Source: Paraphysomonas bandaiensis (taxonomy: Eukaryota > Protista > Chrysophyceae). From it: a stretch of 64,000 nucleotides of DNA. A model generated the notes under the pieces. That model was not told where the DNA came from. It was given only the letters and a program-made list of their open reading frames with translations, and ran no database searches. The stretch spans positions 40,303 to 104,302 of the forward strand of contig CBFFRP010000258.1 in NCBI GenBank assembly GCA_965644295.1. The letters run 5' to 3'. The position numbers and the translations under genes are program-made. This document shows, piece after piece, positions 24,532-37,941 of the stretch (the first letter of the stretch is position 1; the number at the start of each line of letters is the position of its first letter).

Positions 24532-25960
24532 TCAAAACGATTTTTCGGCAACATAGTGTACTCCATCCACTATATATGTGACAATATCCAATTTGATATC
24601 CAAGTATGGAAATCTAGTGTCGTAGAGATCATGAAATAAATGGCATGATGTGTCTTCAAAACCATTCCCCCATAGTGATAGAAATAATAAGGAATCATTC
24701 CTGCGAAGTGCATTACCTATAGCAACCAATCCATCGACACCGATATCGTTATGACGCAATGTGAGTTCTTCGAGTGATGTATTCGAGCGAAGTGCCTGAG
24801 CGGACATAATATATCACGGCATACACACAAAAATGTAACGCTAAATATACCATTGCTAGAGCAGAAGCTCCATCATCTCCAACTTTGTTAGATGACAACA
24901 TCAGGGACTGGAGCTGATTAACTTGTATGAGGTAAGATGCCAATGCTTCCGCACCCTTAATGCCAATATCATTGCTGTGTGAATATTAACACAGGCGTAT
25001 AATCCATGATAAACCCACCATTCCAAATTTATACAACGTAGAGTACTATTCGTTAAAAGTTCCTGAGATAATAAAAATACTCCATGGTCACTGACTCTGC
25101 TATATCGCATTGAGAGGGAATGCAAAGAACGATGACATCCCAACACACGGCTCATATGATCACAGTTTTCATCTTTACGCGAAGAAAGTAGCGGCCTATC
25201 CAAAACAAGGGTTGTTATCACACCATTTTCTTGTAGATTCGTCGAAATCGCAATAATAGTCGTTAAATCAAGGTCGCAATTAGCTAGCACCAAATTTATT
25301 AGAGTGCGATTAACCTATGAATGACAGTTACATGCAACATCTACCAACAACATATAGCCATACTTTCAATGATTCGGCCAGCATCAGTCCTCCTTTGGCA
25401 GTGAGTGCGTTCCATGAAAGATTTAAAGACTCCAGGTTGCACTCAACGGATTCCAAGCACTCCTCCAGTGCTGCACATCCTACAAGTTATAGATCGCCAC
25501 TAGTAAATTCATACTCCAGATGTAACGAATGTAACTAATACCTATAACTCCTATATCGTTCCCTTGTAAATCCAATTCGCGTAGGCCGCTGACTTCTGCT
25601 TCTGAGGGCTTAAACGAATATTATACTCACTATCAAGAATTACAGCATACTTACAAGTATGAGACGACATATTTGAATCAGCCCAACATCCGAAATTCGA
25701 TGATGAGTAAGGGAAAGAGAAGATAACGATAGTTGAGTTGATAATATTGCATTAACCATAAGTGTTATCAGACTATCCGTAAAGCGGAATGTGTTACTGC
25801 CCCCTATGACAATTTCACTCAGCTGTGAAGACAGTAGTGCCTTGAAAGTCATGCCAATCATTGCTTGTTGATCGGCACCCTCTTTATATTCTTCGTCTGC
25901 CTGACAATATTCGGCATACGCTTTGGCTTGGTCTGATATATATCGGCTGACTTCGGTCAT
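24532..25960 (-). CDS. LRRC34: Leucine-rich repeat protein, LRRC34-like (RNI-type LRR), multi-exon
   Basis: LxxLxLxxNxIGxxG repeats across exons; the C-terminus LDIVTYIVDGVHYVAE resembles the LRRC34 tail. Confidence 0.72.
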
Positions 25961-26180
25961 CTTACAGTCAGTCTTGGGCAGGGCTTAATCTATTGTAGAC
26001 TGTTCAATTCGGTGGAGTCTAATGTAGTGTAGGAGATATAAATACTTGATACTTCTCTAGTGTTATTTACAATCCCAATTCTTCTGATTCGGTCATTGCG
26101 ATGAAGGCAGAATAGGATTGACGACAGCTGTGAATATAACCTCCTGCTTGTCATGCACAGTGAATGGAAACGGACATAAC

Positions 26181-26193
26181 TAGGAATTCCTAC
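26181..26193. promoter_or_regulatory. Palindromic motif TAGGAATTCCTAC upstream of the LRRC34-like gene
   Basis: About 220 bp 5' of ATG 25960. Confidence 0.55.
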
Positions 26194-27344
26194 ACACTGT
26201 ATATTGGATATAACGGTTTAAGACGATGCATAAAAATTCCCACTTTCTTTACAAAAATCAGGGGTTGAGGGTATATATTTCTAGTGATATCAAAAAACGC
26301 CTATTTGTGTGTAAAATACTGAATATCTACAGTATTATCTGAGTATTTGGATGCAACAGAACTCCAATTAAGATGAATGATTGAACAAGAAAAGCAAGAC
26401 CGAAGTCGGTTGCTTTGGTTTACTTGCGGTCTCAATAGAACTGCCGGAATCAGTCTCGTATCTGTAGCAATCCAGTATTTAACGGGTGAGATTCTGCCGA
26501 TGCAGCTATTAGTAAATCTCGATATCCTCCTCAGCTTCTGGGGCTGATTGAACATGTGGCAGGTGAGAGTTTGTCAAATGCATATATGTGACGTCTCATT
26601 CCTGTCATCAGGATACGTGACTCTCTAACACTTCGCAGTGTTGATCAGAAAGATGAAGATGTGGTATACTGTTTATGTCATACAAAAAAGTCAGGGACTA
26701 TTCCAAACAAACTGGCCGTGAGTTTGAAGAAGCAAAGAGAAGGCCTAGCGTACTACTTCGAAAATAGTGAACCCTACTAGAACAGTAAGCATAATTGTGA
26801 TAAAAATGACGTGAGTCCAGTATTAAGAGGTAGGTATACAGACTCTAGTATGTAACTCGAGAAAAGCCTGCCTTGGCTAGCAAGACAAAACAGCACTTTG
26901 GATGGTACTAAATACACTTGATTGGGTGCACTCTACCCTTTGCTTCTTTTATGATGTCCCCTGGCAGCGATACACATCACTGGATTGATAATATACCATG
27001 ACTCCAACTAAAGTGCTTGATAAGACTACAATGACATCTTGAGTACAACACGATCAGAGTATTGTTTTGGTCTTAGCTACTGAATTGTATGAGGCAGAGT
27101 AGGGGGATTGAGGTTCTATGTTTGCTATAATTAATGAGAGAATGCAGTGTACAACGTATTTGCTTTTGTCGCTGTGACGATTACATGTATGTTCCTTGTA
27201 GTTTATCTCAGGAAACACTTGTGCATCCACTGCAAACACTAATCCGAATACAGTTCCAAGTTGGGGAGTCTTTCCTCGGTAAAACTTCCATTTGGGTTAT
27301 GTATCGGATGAATGGAGTATCATTTTAAACCCACTAAATTTCTA

Positions 27345-27865
27345 TCTCTTCCTACTACGCTATAATTACTAGTTGAGCCTAATAATTTTTTCAGTTATTT
27401 AGTTATTTTAAAATTATATTTAAACCTATTAAATATTAAAGTCAGCAACAATAAGCACGTACTAAAGGGTACTGAGTAAGCTACAAGAGGTAACTCAATC
27501 GCTAGGGAATTAGGCGAAGGGAAAAAGTACGTGGATACTAGGCGGAAGATAAATATGTATATTCTGTGTGGGACTCCACCGTTTCACAGCTTAACACGGT
27601 CATGGACCCCATACGAAGAAGCGGTCGTGTCTGCATTTGAAGCACCAGTGCTCACACTTACTGCTACGAGGAATTCTGCAGATGGTAGGTGAAATGTTAG
27701 ATTTGCACCGTGGGCAACGCATGCCACCGGGTGGTCTAGGTGAGTCTATTGGGCTAAACCAATAACTAAAAAATTTAGTAGGCTCAGCTAGTAGTTTTAG
27801 CTTCGTAGAAACCGATGGAAAATTTAGTAAAAACAAATGCGATCTTTAAGCGTAGTAGGAACAAA
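27345..27865. repeat. Degenerate inverted-repeat (MITE-like) element; related sequence at ~51785-51995
   Basis: TTCCTACTACGCTATAATTACTAGTTGAGCCTAATAATTTTTTCAGTTATT near 27350 is inverted at 27760-27865 (AATAACTAAAAAATTTAGTAGGCTCAGCTAGTAG...AGCGTAGTAGGAAC). Confidence 0.5.
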
Positions 27866-28477
27866 TAATAAAGTGCGGGTGAACATAACTTTTTGTGTGT
27901 GGTATGGAGGAGTTGCAGATCGGGCGGTTGAATGGAGATGCTAGTGGTAGCTACGCTGCCTAAAACGACGACACTCAAGCGGAGCGGAATAGCGGAGAAC
28001 GGGAAGAGACCCTTTGATTCGTGGCTGCTTAGTGTGTGCTGATCAGTGTTAGCTGATGACGAACTGGCGTGTATCAAATTTGATTCTTGGGGTTGTAGTC
28101 ACTCGTAATACGTAATAGTCACGGGCTCAGGTAAGCGCTGAGTGATTCATTTCGTTAGATCTCGTGGGAAAACAACAGTATGTGTTCTAGATCAGGAGCT
28201 CATGAAAATAGTGCTTTCGATAACATAAATCATAAATAATAAATAGAAATCAGAAACAGAAAAGAATTTCGATTCTTATTAAATTTCGGTGAAATAGCAA
28301 CTGCAGTAAACTATTACAATACAAAACAACAGCAACATAGGTGCAGATAAAAAATGTTGGCAAGCTAGCATTGCCTCAGCTGTAATTCCACATACATTTC
28401 ACGTAGAAACCCCATCCAAATCGCCAACCAGTACAACAGTTACCACCACAACCTTATATTCAACGTTCGACAATAGA

Positions 28478-31289
28478 CTACGTAGACTTAATGCTAGTCG
28501 CCTTTCGATACATCTGTCGAATAGTTTCTATCTGTGGGTCTGATTTAGACTCTGCTCTATTCAAGAACTGTCCCCATGTCTCAATAAACCTCTCAGTCGA
28601 CCACGTTTTCCACCTACACGTACATATCACATCAACGTCACAATGTGTTTGGATATTCAAACCTATCAGATACTGGCCAACCAATTCCTTCTAACGATCC
28701 AAGAATATCATTCATTGGACGAGGGAGTGCTTTATCAGATGCAAAGAGCTTATTCTGTATTAAATTCACATGAGCAAGGCCAGTGTTCTTAAGCAGAGCT
28801 GCTGATGGATTCCCATGAACTTCTCCTCCTTCATAATACACGGCGCTTTCAAGCCAATACACAGCATTAACAAGGGGTCGATAGTCCTGGGAGGCCGTTT
28901 TTAAGGCAACTTCCAGGTAGAATGCAGCCGTATCTGGAATTAGCAAGAAATAATGTACTGGTTGTCATATGATTCAATCCAATCACGAACAGCAACTACC
29001 TGTCAGGCGATCTTTATAGTCTCTACCGATAGTCCACTCCCAAGTTTCTTCCGGATACTTAGCTTCATCAGGTAACGACGGCAATGCAGATCGAACGGCC
29101 TAAAATGCTTGTAATCAGTCACACTCATATTCTGGTTTATTGGTAAACCTTCCATGATTCACGTACAATAGATGTGTACCGTATCCCGCTGGGAACATTA
29201 TCCTGGCTACACTATATATTACAAAAAGTAGACTCAACCACACCGTACAGTGACCTGAATACTCTTGACACCAACCCATACGGAACTAGTTCGTAAGATG
29301 ACTCGAATACAGTATCACGAAAACTCAATTTTCCACTTAAAAATATGGGATGCTCTGCTATATTTTCTTCAATAAACTGTGACAGCGTAAAGGCAAGCTT
29401 CGATTTGACAGCTTCACTAGATTCATAGGAATGATACGCTCCAGGAAAGGATAGATGCGGATACAAGCTTCTTTTGTGTTGGAACCATTGGTACGTCATC
29501 ATGGAGAGGTTGATCACAGTTACATCAGGTCGAATTCCTTCACAGGCCTGCATGTAACGAACAGATGTCCACTGCATGTCGTAGTTAATTAGTAATACAG
29601 AGTTGTTGGGAAGAGGTGAGAGAAGAGCGGAGGCATAGTTTCTAAAGTGATAAGCATCTGACTGATCGGAGATAGGATACCATACACGAAGCTGGTAAAG
29701 TATTGCTCCTAGTGCAAGACACATGGCAACGATTCTTAGTACATAACAATGACTAGGCACGACTATTGACTTTTCCGATATGCCTTCATCTTTCCGTTTT
29801 TTATGTTGGGAAGTGTTGGCTCCACATAATACAGCATCAATCCAGTCAAAAACAAAGATAAATCCCATCCCCCCGAAAATAAACAGTAAAACATTTGGCT
29901 GAAATCAATATAAAATATTAGGTTTTCACAGATTCGGGTGTACTATGACTGTTACCTGCATCCAGAAGCGTTGATGAACGCCATACAACAGCTTGTTGTC
30001 GAGAGGAAGATTCGACAACGAGTGAAATACAATAAAGTAAAATATATAAGTACATACAAGCACAACTTGTGTATAAGAAGCCTCTTGCATTGAAATGAGG
30101 TTAGTTTCATTTTCAGTAGGGCTGAGGTGTGACAAGGAAACCTGCCCAGCACCCTTTGAAGTAACCTTCTTTTTGCTCTTGACCACAGCTATAGATATTT
30201 TCTTAGTTTCTTTACTTTCCCGAGAATGAGATATTGTTCTCATACATACGATGAGCAAGGCCAACAATGCGAGGATGGGAACAATATACAATCCTTGTAC
30301 ACCAATGGCGTCCATCATGTAGGCCTCCGTGCGTTCTAGTGGCACTGTTAAATATGTGGTGCAAAAATTCACTAACATCGTTATACAACATGTGCATACG
30401 ACAACGCTGTATTGCACACTTGCACAAATTACACGAAGAGCATACCTGAAAACCCTTCAGTCTTCTTCCCGGCGTTGCCAGAGAATAATTGGAAAGTGCC
30501 GTAGTCGCGTCGAAGAAAGTGATGAACAAACCCTGATATGTCTGTTACATGTCCCCAACTTCCAGGTTTTGGACTCAGAAACCCAGATATGGGCAGATAT
30601 AAATAAAAACTTAATCCTAACAGGAATAAGCCTCCGTGTACTGCTAGCAGTGAAAAATTGTGCAGAAAACTATGTCGAAGGAGAAACATCATCCATATTA
30701 TAAGAGGAACCTCGAATAGAATTATTGTGTGTTGGTTACATAGAGCCAGCCCACAGACTAGTGCCCCGAACATAGAAATCTTTGGGTCTCTTTGCTGCGC
30801 AAAAAGAAATGTACAATAGCAGATAAGGGCAGCAAACATCGTGTTCAAAGGAAATACTTCAGCTGTTACTGCATACTGCCAAATAAGGGGAGAGAATGCA
30901 AATGTTCCTGCTGAAAAGATGCCTCCAAAAACTCTGTATCTAGATTTACTTGATATTGCAACAGTTTTCGCGAGACACCATGCAGCCACAGCAGACAGTA
31001 GTGCACTGCGACATAAATCACAATCCGTAATTCATATATGCATACATATGTACCTCAAGAAATTGACTCTATAAGCCACTGATTTAAAAGGAATATAACT
31101 AATGAGATTGACAATTACTGTGAGTAGTGGGTAGCCAGGTGGATGGGCAGTTCCTAGAATACAACCTTCTGCAACAAGTTCGCCAGAATCACCCCCTGCA
31201 ATAGAGGGCGACAGAGTTGCAACGTACACACCAAGTATAAAGATACACAAGCTTGTGATAAGACCATTCTCCATCGAAGATGAGTCCAT
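28478..31289 (-). CDS. TMEM260: TMEM260 (DUF2723) protein O-mannosyltransferase homolog, multi-exon
   Basis: YVATLSPSIAGGDSGELVAEGCILGTAHPPGYPL, AEVFPLN, LCNQHT, HFLRRDYGTFQL, HQRFWMQ, YMQACEGIRPDV. Confidence 0.9.
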
Positions 31290-33424
31290 GGCACTAAATA
31301 CTCGTCGTTTCAAAAGATTTCTTTATCGGGATTTGTATCATGTATTGTATGCATTGTTACTGGAAGAAGTCCACGTACTCTCCTTTTTATGGGTAGGAAA
31401 TTAAATAATGGGGGTGTTGTGTATTGTACATGCTGCTGTATACCGCCGTATATAATTTCAAGTAGTGATGAGTGCGTATCGGCATCAGCATCAATAAATT
31501 GAAGCAAAACACATCTACATTTATACAGTACAACTCTGGAACTACGGCTGGAATACAGATAATTGTTGTCTCGATATAGAGGCATCTTTGAAACAAAGAT
31601 GCCAATAAGTGTAGCGCGAACTGCGATCATACACATCTGTGGCGGAAAAAACTGTACCCAGTTTTTTTCAGTTTATTTCCCATTCCAGACACCATATCAC
31701 ACACAGTTTCATAGTTTAAGATCCCCTGCATATGTCAATCATGTGCTCAAACAATGAGACATATCACGTAAACACACTGGGTTACCAATAGAACATGAAA
31801 TTCTGGAGGTGTGGAGTCTAACTTCCACAACTTTTGGTGGAAATTTGATTGTAAGATTGCAATTGTTATTCTGCATCAAAATTCACAGTTTATGGAGAGC
31901 TCCTGAACTCACTGTGAGGTATATAGCAGAGACCAGTTGCTGAAAACAATGTTGTGATAGAAAAGATGAGATTGTGAATACTGATTCTGGATTCATTGAT
32001 AAACGGTCAAGAAATATGCACAGGCCATTATAGGAGGATCTGTCCCTAATTGCATCTTCCTTGTTGCATTTAATGGTCCCATATGCCTTCCAATTCAAGG
32101 AATCGTGATCATTCTTAATGTTTGAGTGATATGAAATCTTCATACTGAGTTTCGTCTTTTATTTTGTTGGAATTAAGTTCTTTCAAAGCTCTTTGCTGTA
32201 TGGGTAACCATGGTCCCAAACCCCTACAACCGCGGGTGTAGTTGTCCTATTTTGCAGTAAATTTCACCCCAATGACTGTTTATGATACTGTTATAATGGT
32301 TTGATTAATATAAGTATGCTTTGATGAATATTAAGGTCATATTGGATGAGTTGATACTTTGCAGATGCAATATAATACGCACGTATGTCTCTTGTGGCGC
32401 AATGTCGTATGATATGATATCAACCCTACCCAATCAAGTTGGATGTTTGTAATGAGTTATTATAACTAATTTACTTTATTTTCTTTTTCAGGTTATAATG
32501 TCCTTCATTGTTGGTCTGGAATTGCGATTATATGTAGATAACTTATGCGAGTTTATAGAGATACTTATGCGAGTTACGACTGTATAAAAATGGCAGACAA
32601 CAGTCGTAGCGACTTGTAGAATACGTAACCCCTTTATTATTGATCCTTAGATAGTGTGCCTTCATAATATTGCAATAAGCTTCTGTAATTTACGATACCA
32701 ATGACTTCTACTATCACTACACCGTTACATATCATCTCTGCTACCTCACCCACAACCTATATATATTGTTGTTATCCTGACCGTTTAGTCGATATTAGTG
32801 GTTTGAAAACAACCTTCTTGTTCTTACCATTATATTCTATACGAAATTGAGTTAACTAGTCACTTGTTATAAGCAGATAAATAACGCCACAAGAGTGTCA
32901 CTACAAGCTATTATTGCAAAACATGTCACATGTGAGCAACAATAACATCTCATGAGATACAAATACAAACTGAATTTGTCATAATCCTCCACACATAAGG
33001 TTGGGTTTCTGTTCAGTATTTCCTTAAACATATACTATAGTGACATATTCTGTTTGTATTTGTATCTCATGGGATGTTATTGTTGCTCACATGTGACATG
33101 TTTTGCAATAATAGCTTGTAGTGACCAGGGATAGGGAACAATATATTGCAATACTATTGTTAGGTAGCGTTCCATCAATAGTATTGATGGATTTTTTAAA
33201 CCGGCCCTACAATACTATTGCAATATATTGCAATATATTGTACAATATATTGCAATATATTAGTATGACTAATCAGTAAGTAAACACATCCGTAGTTTTC
33301 ATTTTTAGTACTTGCCATATTTTATAAGGTCTAAGGTCACTTGATAATCAAACCCACTACTCTTAACTAATTAAAAGTTTCCTCATACTCATCCTCTGAG
33401 CCATCATCGGTGACATCATCATCA

Positions 33425-34246
33425 GTTGTATAAATTTGGAATGGTGGGTTTATCATGGATTATACGCCTGTGTTAATATTCACACAGCAATGATATTGGC
33501 ATTAAGGGTGCGGAAGCATTGGCATCTTACCTCATACAAGTTAATCAGCTCCAGTCCCTGATGTTGTCATCTAACAAAGTTGGAGATGATGGAGCTTCTG
33601 CTCTAGCAATGGTATATTTAGCGTTACATTTTTGTGTGTATGCCGTGATATATTATGTCCGCTCAGGCACTTCGCTCGAATACATCACTCGAAGAACTCA
33701 CATTGCGTCATAACGATATCGGTGTCGATGGATTGGTTGCTATAGGTAATGCACTTCGCAGGAATGATTCCTTATTATTTCTATCACTATGGGGGAATGG
33801 TTTTGAAGACACATCATGCCATTTATTTCATGATCTCTACGACACTAGATTTCCATACTTGGATATCAAATTGGATATTGTCACATATATAGTGGATGGA
33901 GTACACTATGTTGCCGAAAAATCGTTTTGAAAGCGTACAATTCCGAGTTGCAATTGTTTGATTGCTCATTTTGCTTCGGGAGTTGCCGCGTATGAGATAT
34001 AACATTTACTGTGTGGAACATAATAATAGTATGATTTTAGAATTCAACATCTCGAAAAGCCCTTAACTTGTGCATCATGCTAGTGCTGGAATATCTATGT
34101 TCCTCCAAGATAGAACAGTATTATTCGTTAAAGTACTGTTTAACTATAAAACTGTAAACTAAAGTATCATGATGCGGAATTTTATGTGGTTGCTATGTTG
34201 CTATCAGAGTGCTAAAATTTTGTTGGTGATGATAATGAACTACAAC
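33425..34246 (+). pseudogene. Transduplicated 3' part of the LRRC34-like gene plus downstream flank
   Basis: Reverse complement of 24216-25037 with introns retained; identical ORF translations (33655-33930 = 24532-24807). Confidence 0.92.
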
Positions 34247-34487
34247 CAGGGATAGGGAACAATATATTGCAATACTATTGTTAGGTAGCGTTCCATCAAT
34301 AGTATTGATGGATTTTTTAAACCGGCCCTACAATACTATTGCAATATATTGCAATATATTGTACAATATATTGCAATATATTAGTATGACTAATCAGTAA
34401 GTAAACACATCCGTAGTTTTCATTTTTAGTACTTGCCATATTTTATAAGGTCTAAGGTCACTTGATAATCAAACCCACTACTCTTAA

Positions 34488-36281
34488 CTAATTAAAAGTT
34501 TCCTCATACTCATCCTCTGAGCCATCATCGGTGACATCATCATCACCATATTCATTCAATATTGATTGAAATATGCTTGCATCCGGCCACAACTGTCGGT
34601 TAGCTTTCAGAAACAACAGCATATTAAGTGTAGTAGGATGCATACGTTTGCGCAACACTGATATAATCAGTTTTGCTGCGCTGAACAGGCGTTCACACGT
34701 ATTGGAAGTACATACTACATGACTCGTGCACCTGTACTTAGATATTTCAACTTTTCGCTTCTTAAGTTTTTGAGCTGATTGAAGAATTTTTTCCGCATAG
34801 CCAACTTCAGCTTCATCATCCTCTGTATTGTTGCAATAATCACTGTCTGAACGGAGATATATTCTAACAGCATCTTTCTCAGATCTTGTCAAGTCCAATT
34901 CTTCGCCTGCTTGGAGTTTTGCAATTCCATTCTCGAAATTCGGATCATTAACAATGGGACTGTTTTTCTGTAAAGCAGATAGTGGATACTTTGGCCTAAA
35001 GTCCCTCAATAAGCCATCAAATATGTTCCGGCATTCATAAAGATTCACTTGACTTGATCCTCCAGTTTGAAGCAATTTCGAGACGCTTTCAAACTTCCTC
35101 AGGTCGTCTACAAGGGCGATTATTTCGGTATTCTGTCGAGGAGTAGGAATCATATCAGTAACTGCAAGCGGTAAGTCTTCAATTTTTAATACATGATCTT
35201 TTATACGCATCCACTTTACGAGAACCTGAAACATAGAAGACCATCTTGTGACATTTACCCTTTCTGGTAGCAGACTGGTTTGGCCACGTAGCAATGCAGC
35301 ATTCTTAATCTGCTTCAACTTCCCCATTAGTAGGTCTACTTTGCGAATAAGAGGCCTAATGCCTTCGTCAGATCTTGTCACATCTCCTTGGTTATTCCTC
35401 TTCTCTTTGCTGCCAATGAGTTCATTGACAGCGAGATTTAGTCGGTGAGATGCACATCCAACTAGGGGTACACCTAATATATATTATAACATTCGACAAT
35501 TTCACACAAGTAATACGGTGTTACCAGAATCAGTAGCCAATTTTCTGTTTGTAGCACAGTTATCTCCAAGATAAAACTCAACAATGTCGCAAACATTGTC
35601 AGCGTTAACCTCAACTCCAAATTTATTGAGAACTTCTACGATAGTATCAAACCAATCCGCAGCAGTGAATCCGTAGAATTTCTCTTCATCAGGTAGATCT
35701 TCATCGAAAACAGTGTTGTCATCAATATCCTCTTGCACATTACAAGACAACAATAACAAATTCGGAGTATTGGTTCGGTCGCAAAAGGTTGCAAATATTG
35801 CACTGTAGTGGTGGGAGTCCGACGTCCAACCGTCCATGACTAGACCAAATGTTGGTGGTAATATATCTTTAATCATATCACGTAGCTTCAGTTCCAACAG
35901 TCTCATATATTTTTTCAGTGTTTTTGTAGTTATCTTACCCAAAGAAGTCTTATTTCTAGTTAATTTCTTCTCACAGAAATTTAATGGAAGATTTTCCTCG
36001 ACAATCCACTCCACCCACTCATAAATTGTTTTCGCCTTGTCTGAAGGCTGCAGAACAAAAGCATCCATGGGACCATTGGTGCAGACAGCCCGTAAATACC
36101 TCTTCAATGTCTCCTCCCACACATCATGAGAGAAAGTGTGATCCTTTAGATTGTTGTATCCATTCCGAATATTCTGTTGTCGTTTACGTCCGCAGATTTT
36201 ACACTCGTGTTTGTTCGGGACACCTTCGACCGGACTCCAAAAACAGCGGTAAATGTCCCTACTCTTGTATGCACTCATCAT
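34488..36281 (-). CDS. hAT transposase, second copy (identical translation)
   Basis: ORFs 35502-36281 and 34488-35381 are identical to 22181-22960 and 23081-23974. Confidence 0.92.
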
Positions 36282-37941
36282 TCAGTTGTCTCTTCTTGTC
36301 ACTATAGGATATATATACTATATTAAGAGAAGTACTGTACATACATGTGGAGAGGTGTAGAGTGCTGTTTGAGCTGGCGATACATAAAAAATAGAAAATA
36401 ACATCAAAAATAGGCTTTTTTTCTTATTTTCCGGATATTTGTATACAGAGGCGTATATTTTGCACCATACAGTTGAGGATCTTCTCTTATATGACTATCA
36501 TAATATTGATTGCAATATATTGCAATAGTATTGTGAGCTCTATTAACAGAAACACTATTGATGGAATATTTGACCAGTCCACCAATCAATATATTTTACA
36601 ATATATTGCAATATATTGTACAATATATTGCAATACAATATATCAATATATTGTTCCCTATCCCTGGTAGTGACACTCTTGTGGCGTTATTTATCTGCTT
36701 ATAACAAGTGACTAGTTAACTCAATTTCGTATAGAATATAATGGTAAGAACAAGAAGGTTGTTTTCAAACCACTAATATCGACTAAACGGTCAGGATAAC
36801 AACAATATATATAGGTTGTGGGTGAGGTAGCAGAGATGATATGTAACGGTGTAGTGATAGTAGAAGTCATTGGTATCGTAAATTACAGAAGCTTATTGCA
36901 ATATTATGAAGGCACACTATCTAAGGATCAATAATAAAGGGGTTACGTATTCTACAAGTCGCTACGACTGTTGTCTGCCATTTTTATACAGTCGTAACTC
37001 GCATAAGTATCTCTATAAACTCGCATAAGTTATCTACATATAATCGCAATTCCAGACCAACAATGAAGGACATTATAACCTGAAAAAGAAAATAAAGTAA
37101 ATTAGTTATAATAACTCATTACAAACATCCAACTTGATTGGGTAGGGTTGATATCATATCATACGACATTGCGCCACAAGAGACATACGTGCGTATTATA
37201 TTGCATCTGCAAAGTATCAACTCATCCAATATGACCTTAATATTCATCAAAGCATACTTATATTAATCAAACCATTATAACAGTATCATAAACAGTCATT
37301 GGGGTGAAATTTACTGCAAAATAGGACAACTACACCCGCGGTTGTAGGGGTTTGGGACCATGGTTACCCATACAGCAAAGAGCTTTGAAAGAACTTAATT
37401 CCAACAAAATAAAAGACGAAACTCAGTATGAAGATTTCATATCACTCAAACATTAAGAATGATCACGATTCCTTGAATTGGAAGGCATATGGGACCATTA
37501 AATGCAACAAGGAAGATGCAATTAGGGACAGATCCTCCTATAATGGCCTGTGCATATTTCTTGACCGTTTATCAATGAATCCAGAATCAGTATTCACAAT
37601 CTCATCTTTTCTATCACAACATTGTTTTCAGCAACTGGTCTCTGCTATATACCTCACAGTGAGTTCAGGAGCTCTCCATAAACTGTGAATTTTGATGCAG
37701 AATAACAATTGCAATCTTACAATCAAATTTCCACCAAAAGTTGTGGAAGTTAGACTCCACACCTCCAGAATTTCATGTTCTATTGGTAACCCAGTGTGTT
37801 TACGTGATATGTCTCATTGTTTGAGCACATGATTGACATATGCAGGGGATCTTAAACTATGACACTGTGTGTGATATGGTGTCTGGAATGGGAAATAAAC
37901 TGAAAAAAACTGGGTACAGTTTTTTCCGCCACTGGACATAG

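Larger units (their letters stand above)
33126..36666 (-). mobile_element. Composite hAT insertion: full hAT (34247-36666) + 822 bp captured host DNA (33425-34246) + extra 299-bp right end (33126-33424)
   Basis: 8-bp TSD GTAGTGAC at 33118-33125 and 36667-36674 flanks the whole unit; three TIRs are visible. Confidence 0.92.
31637..37935. mobile_element. Foldback element 1: ~1.34-kb inverted arms (31637-32981; 33041-33125 plus 36675-37935) with a 59-bp spacer, interrupted by the composite hAT
   Basis: Near-identical inverted arms (ORF 31883-32143 mirrors 37428-37688). The right end reads CCAGTGGCGGAAAAAAC on the minus strand; the left end is slightly mutated (CTGTGGCGG). ACAT lies on both flanks (31633-36, 37936-39). 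Confidence 0.8.
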
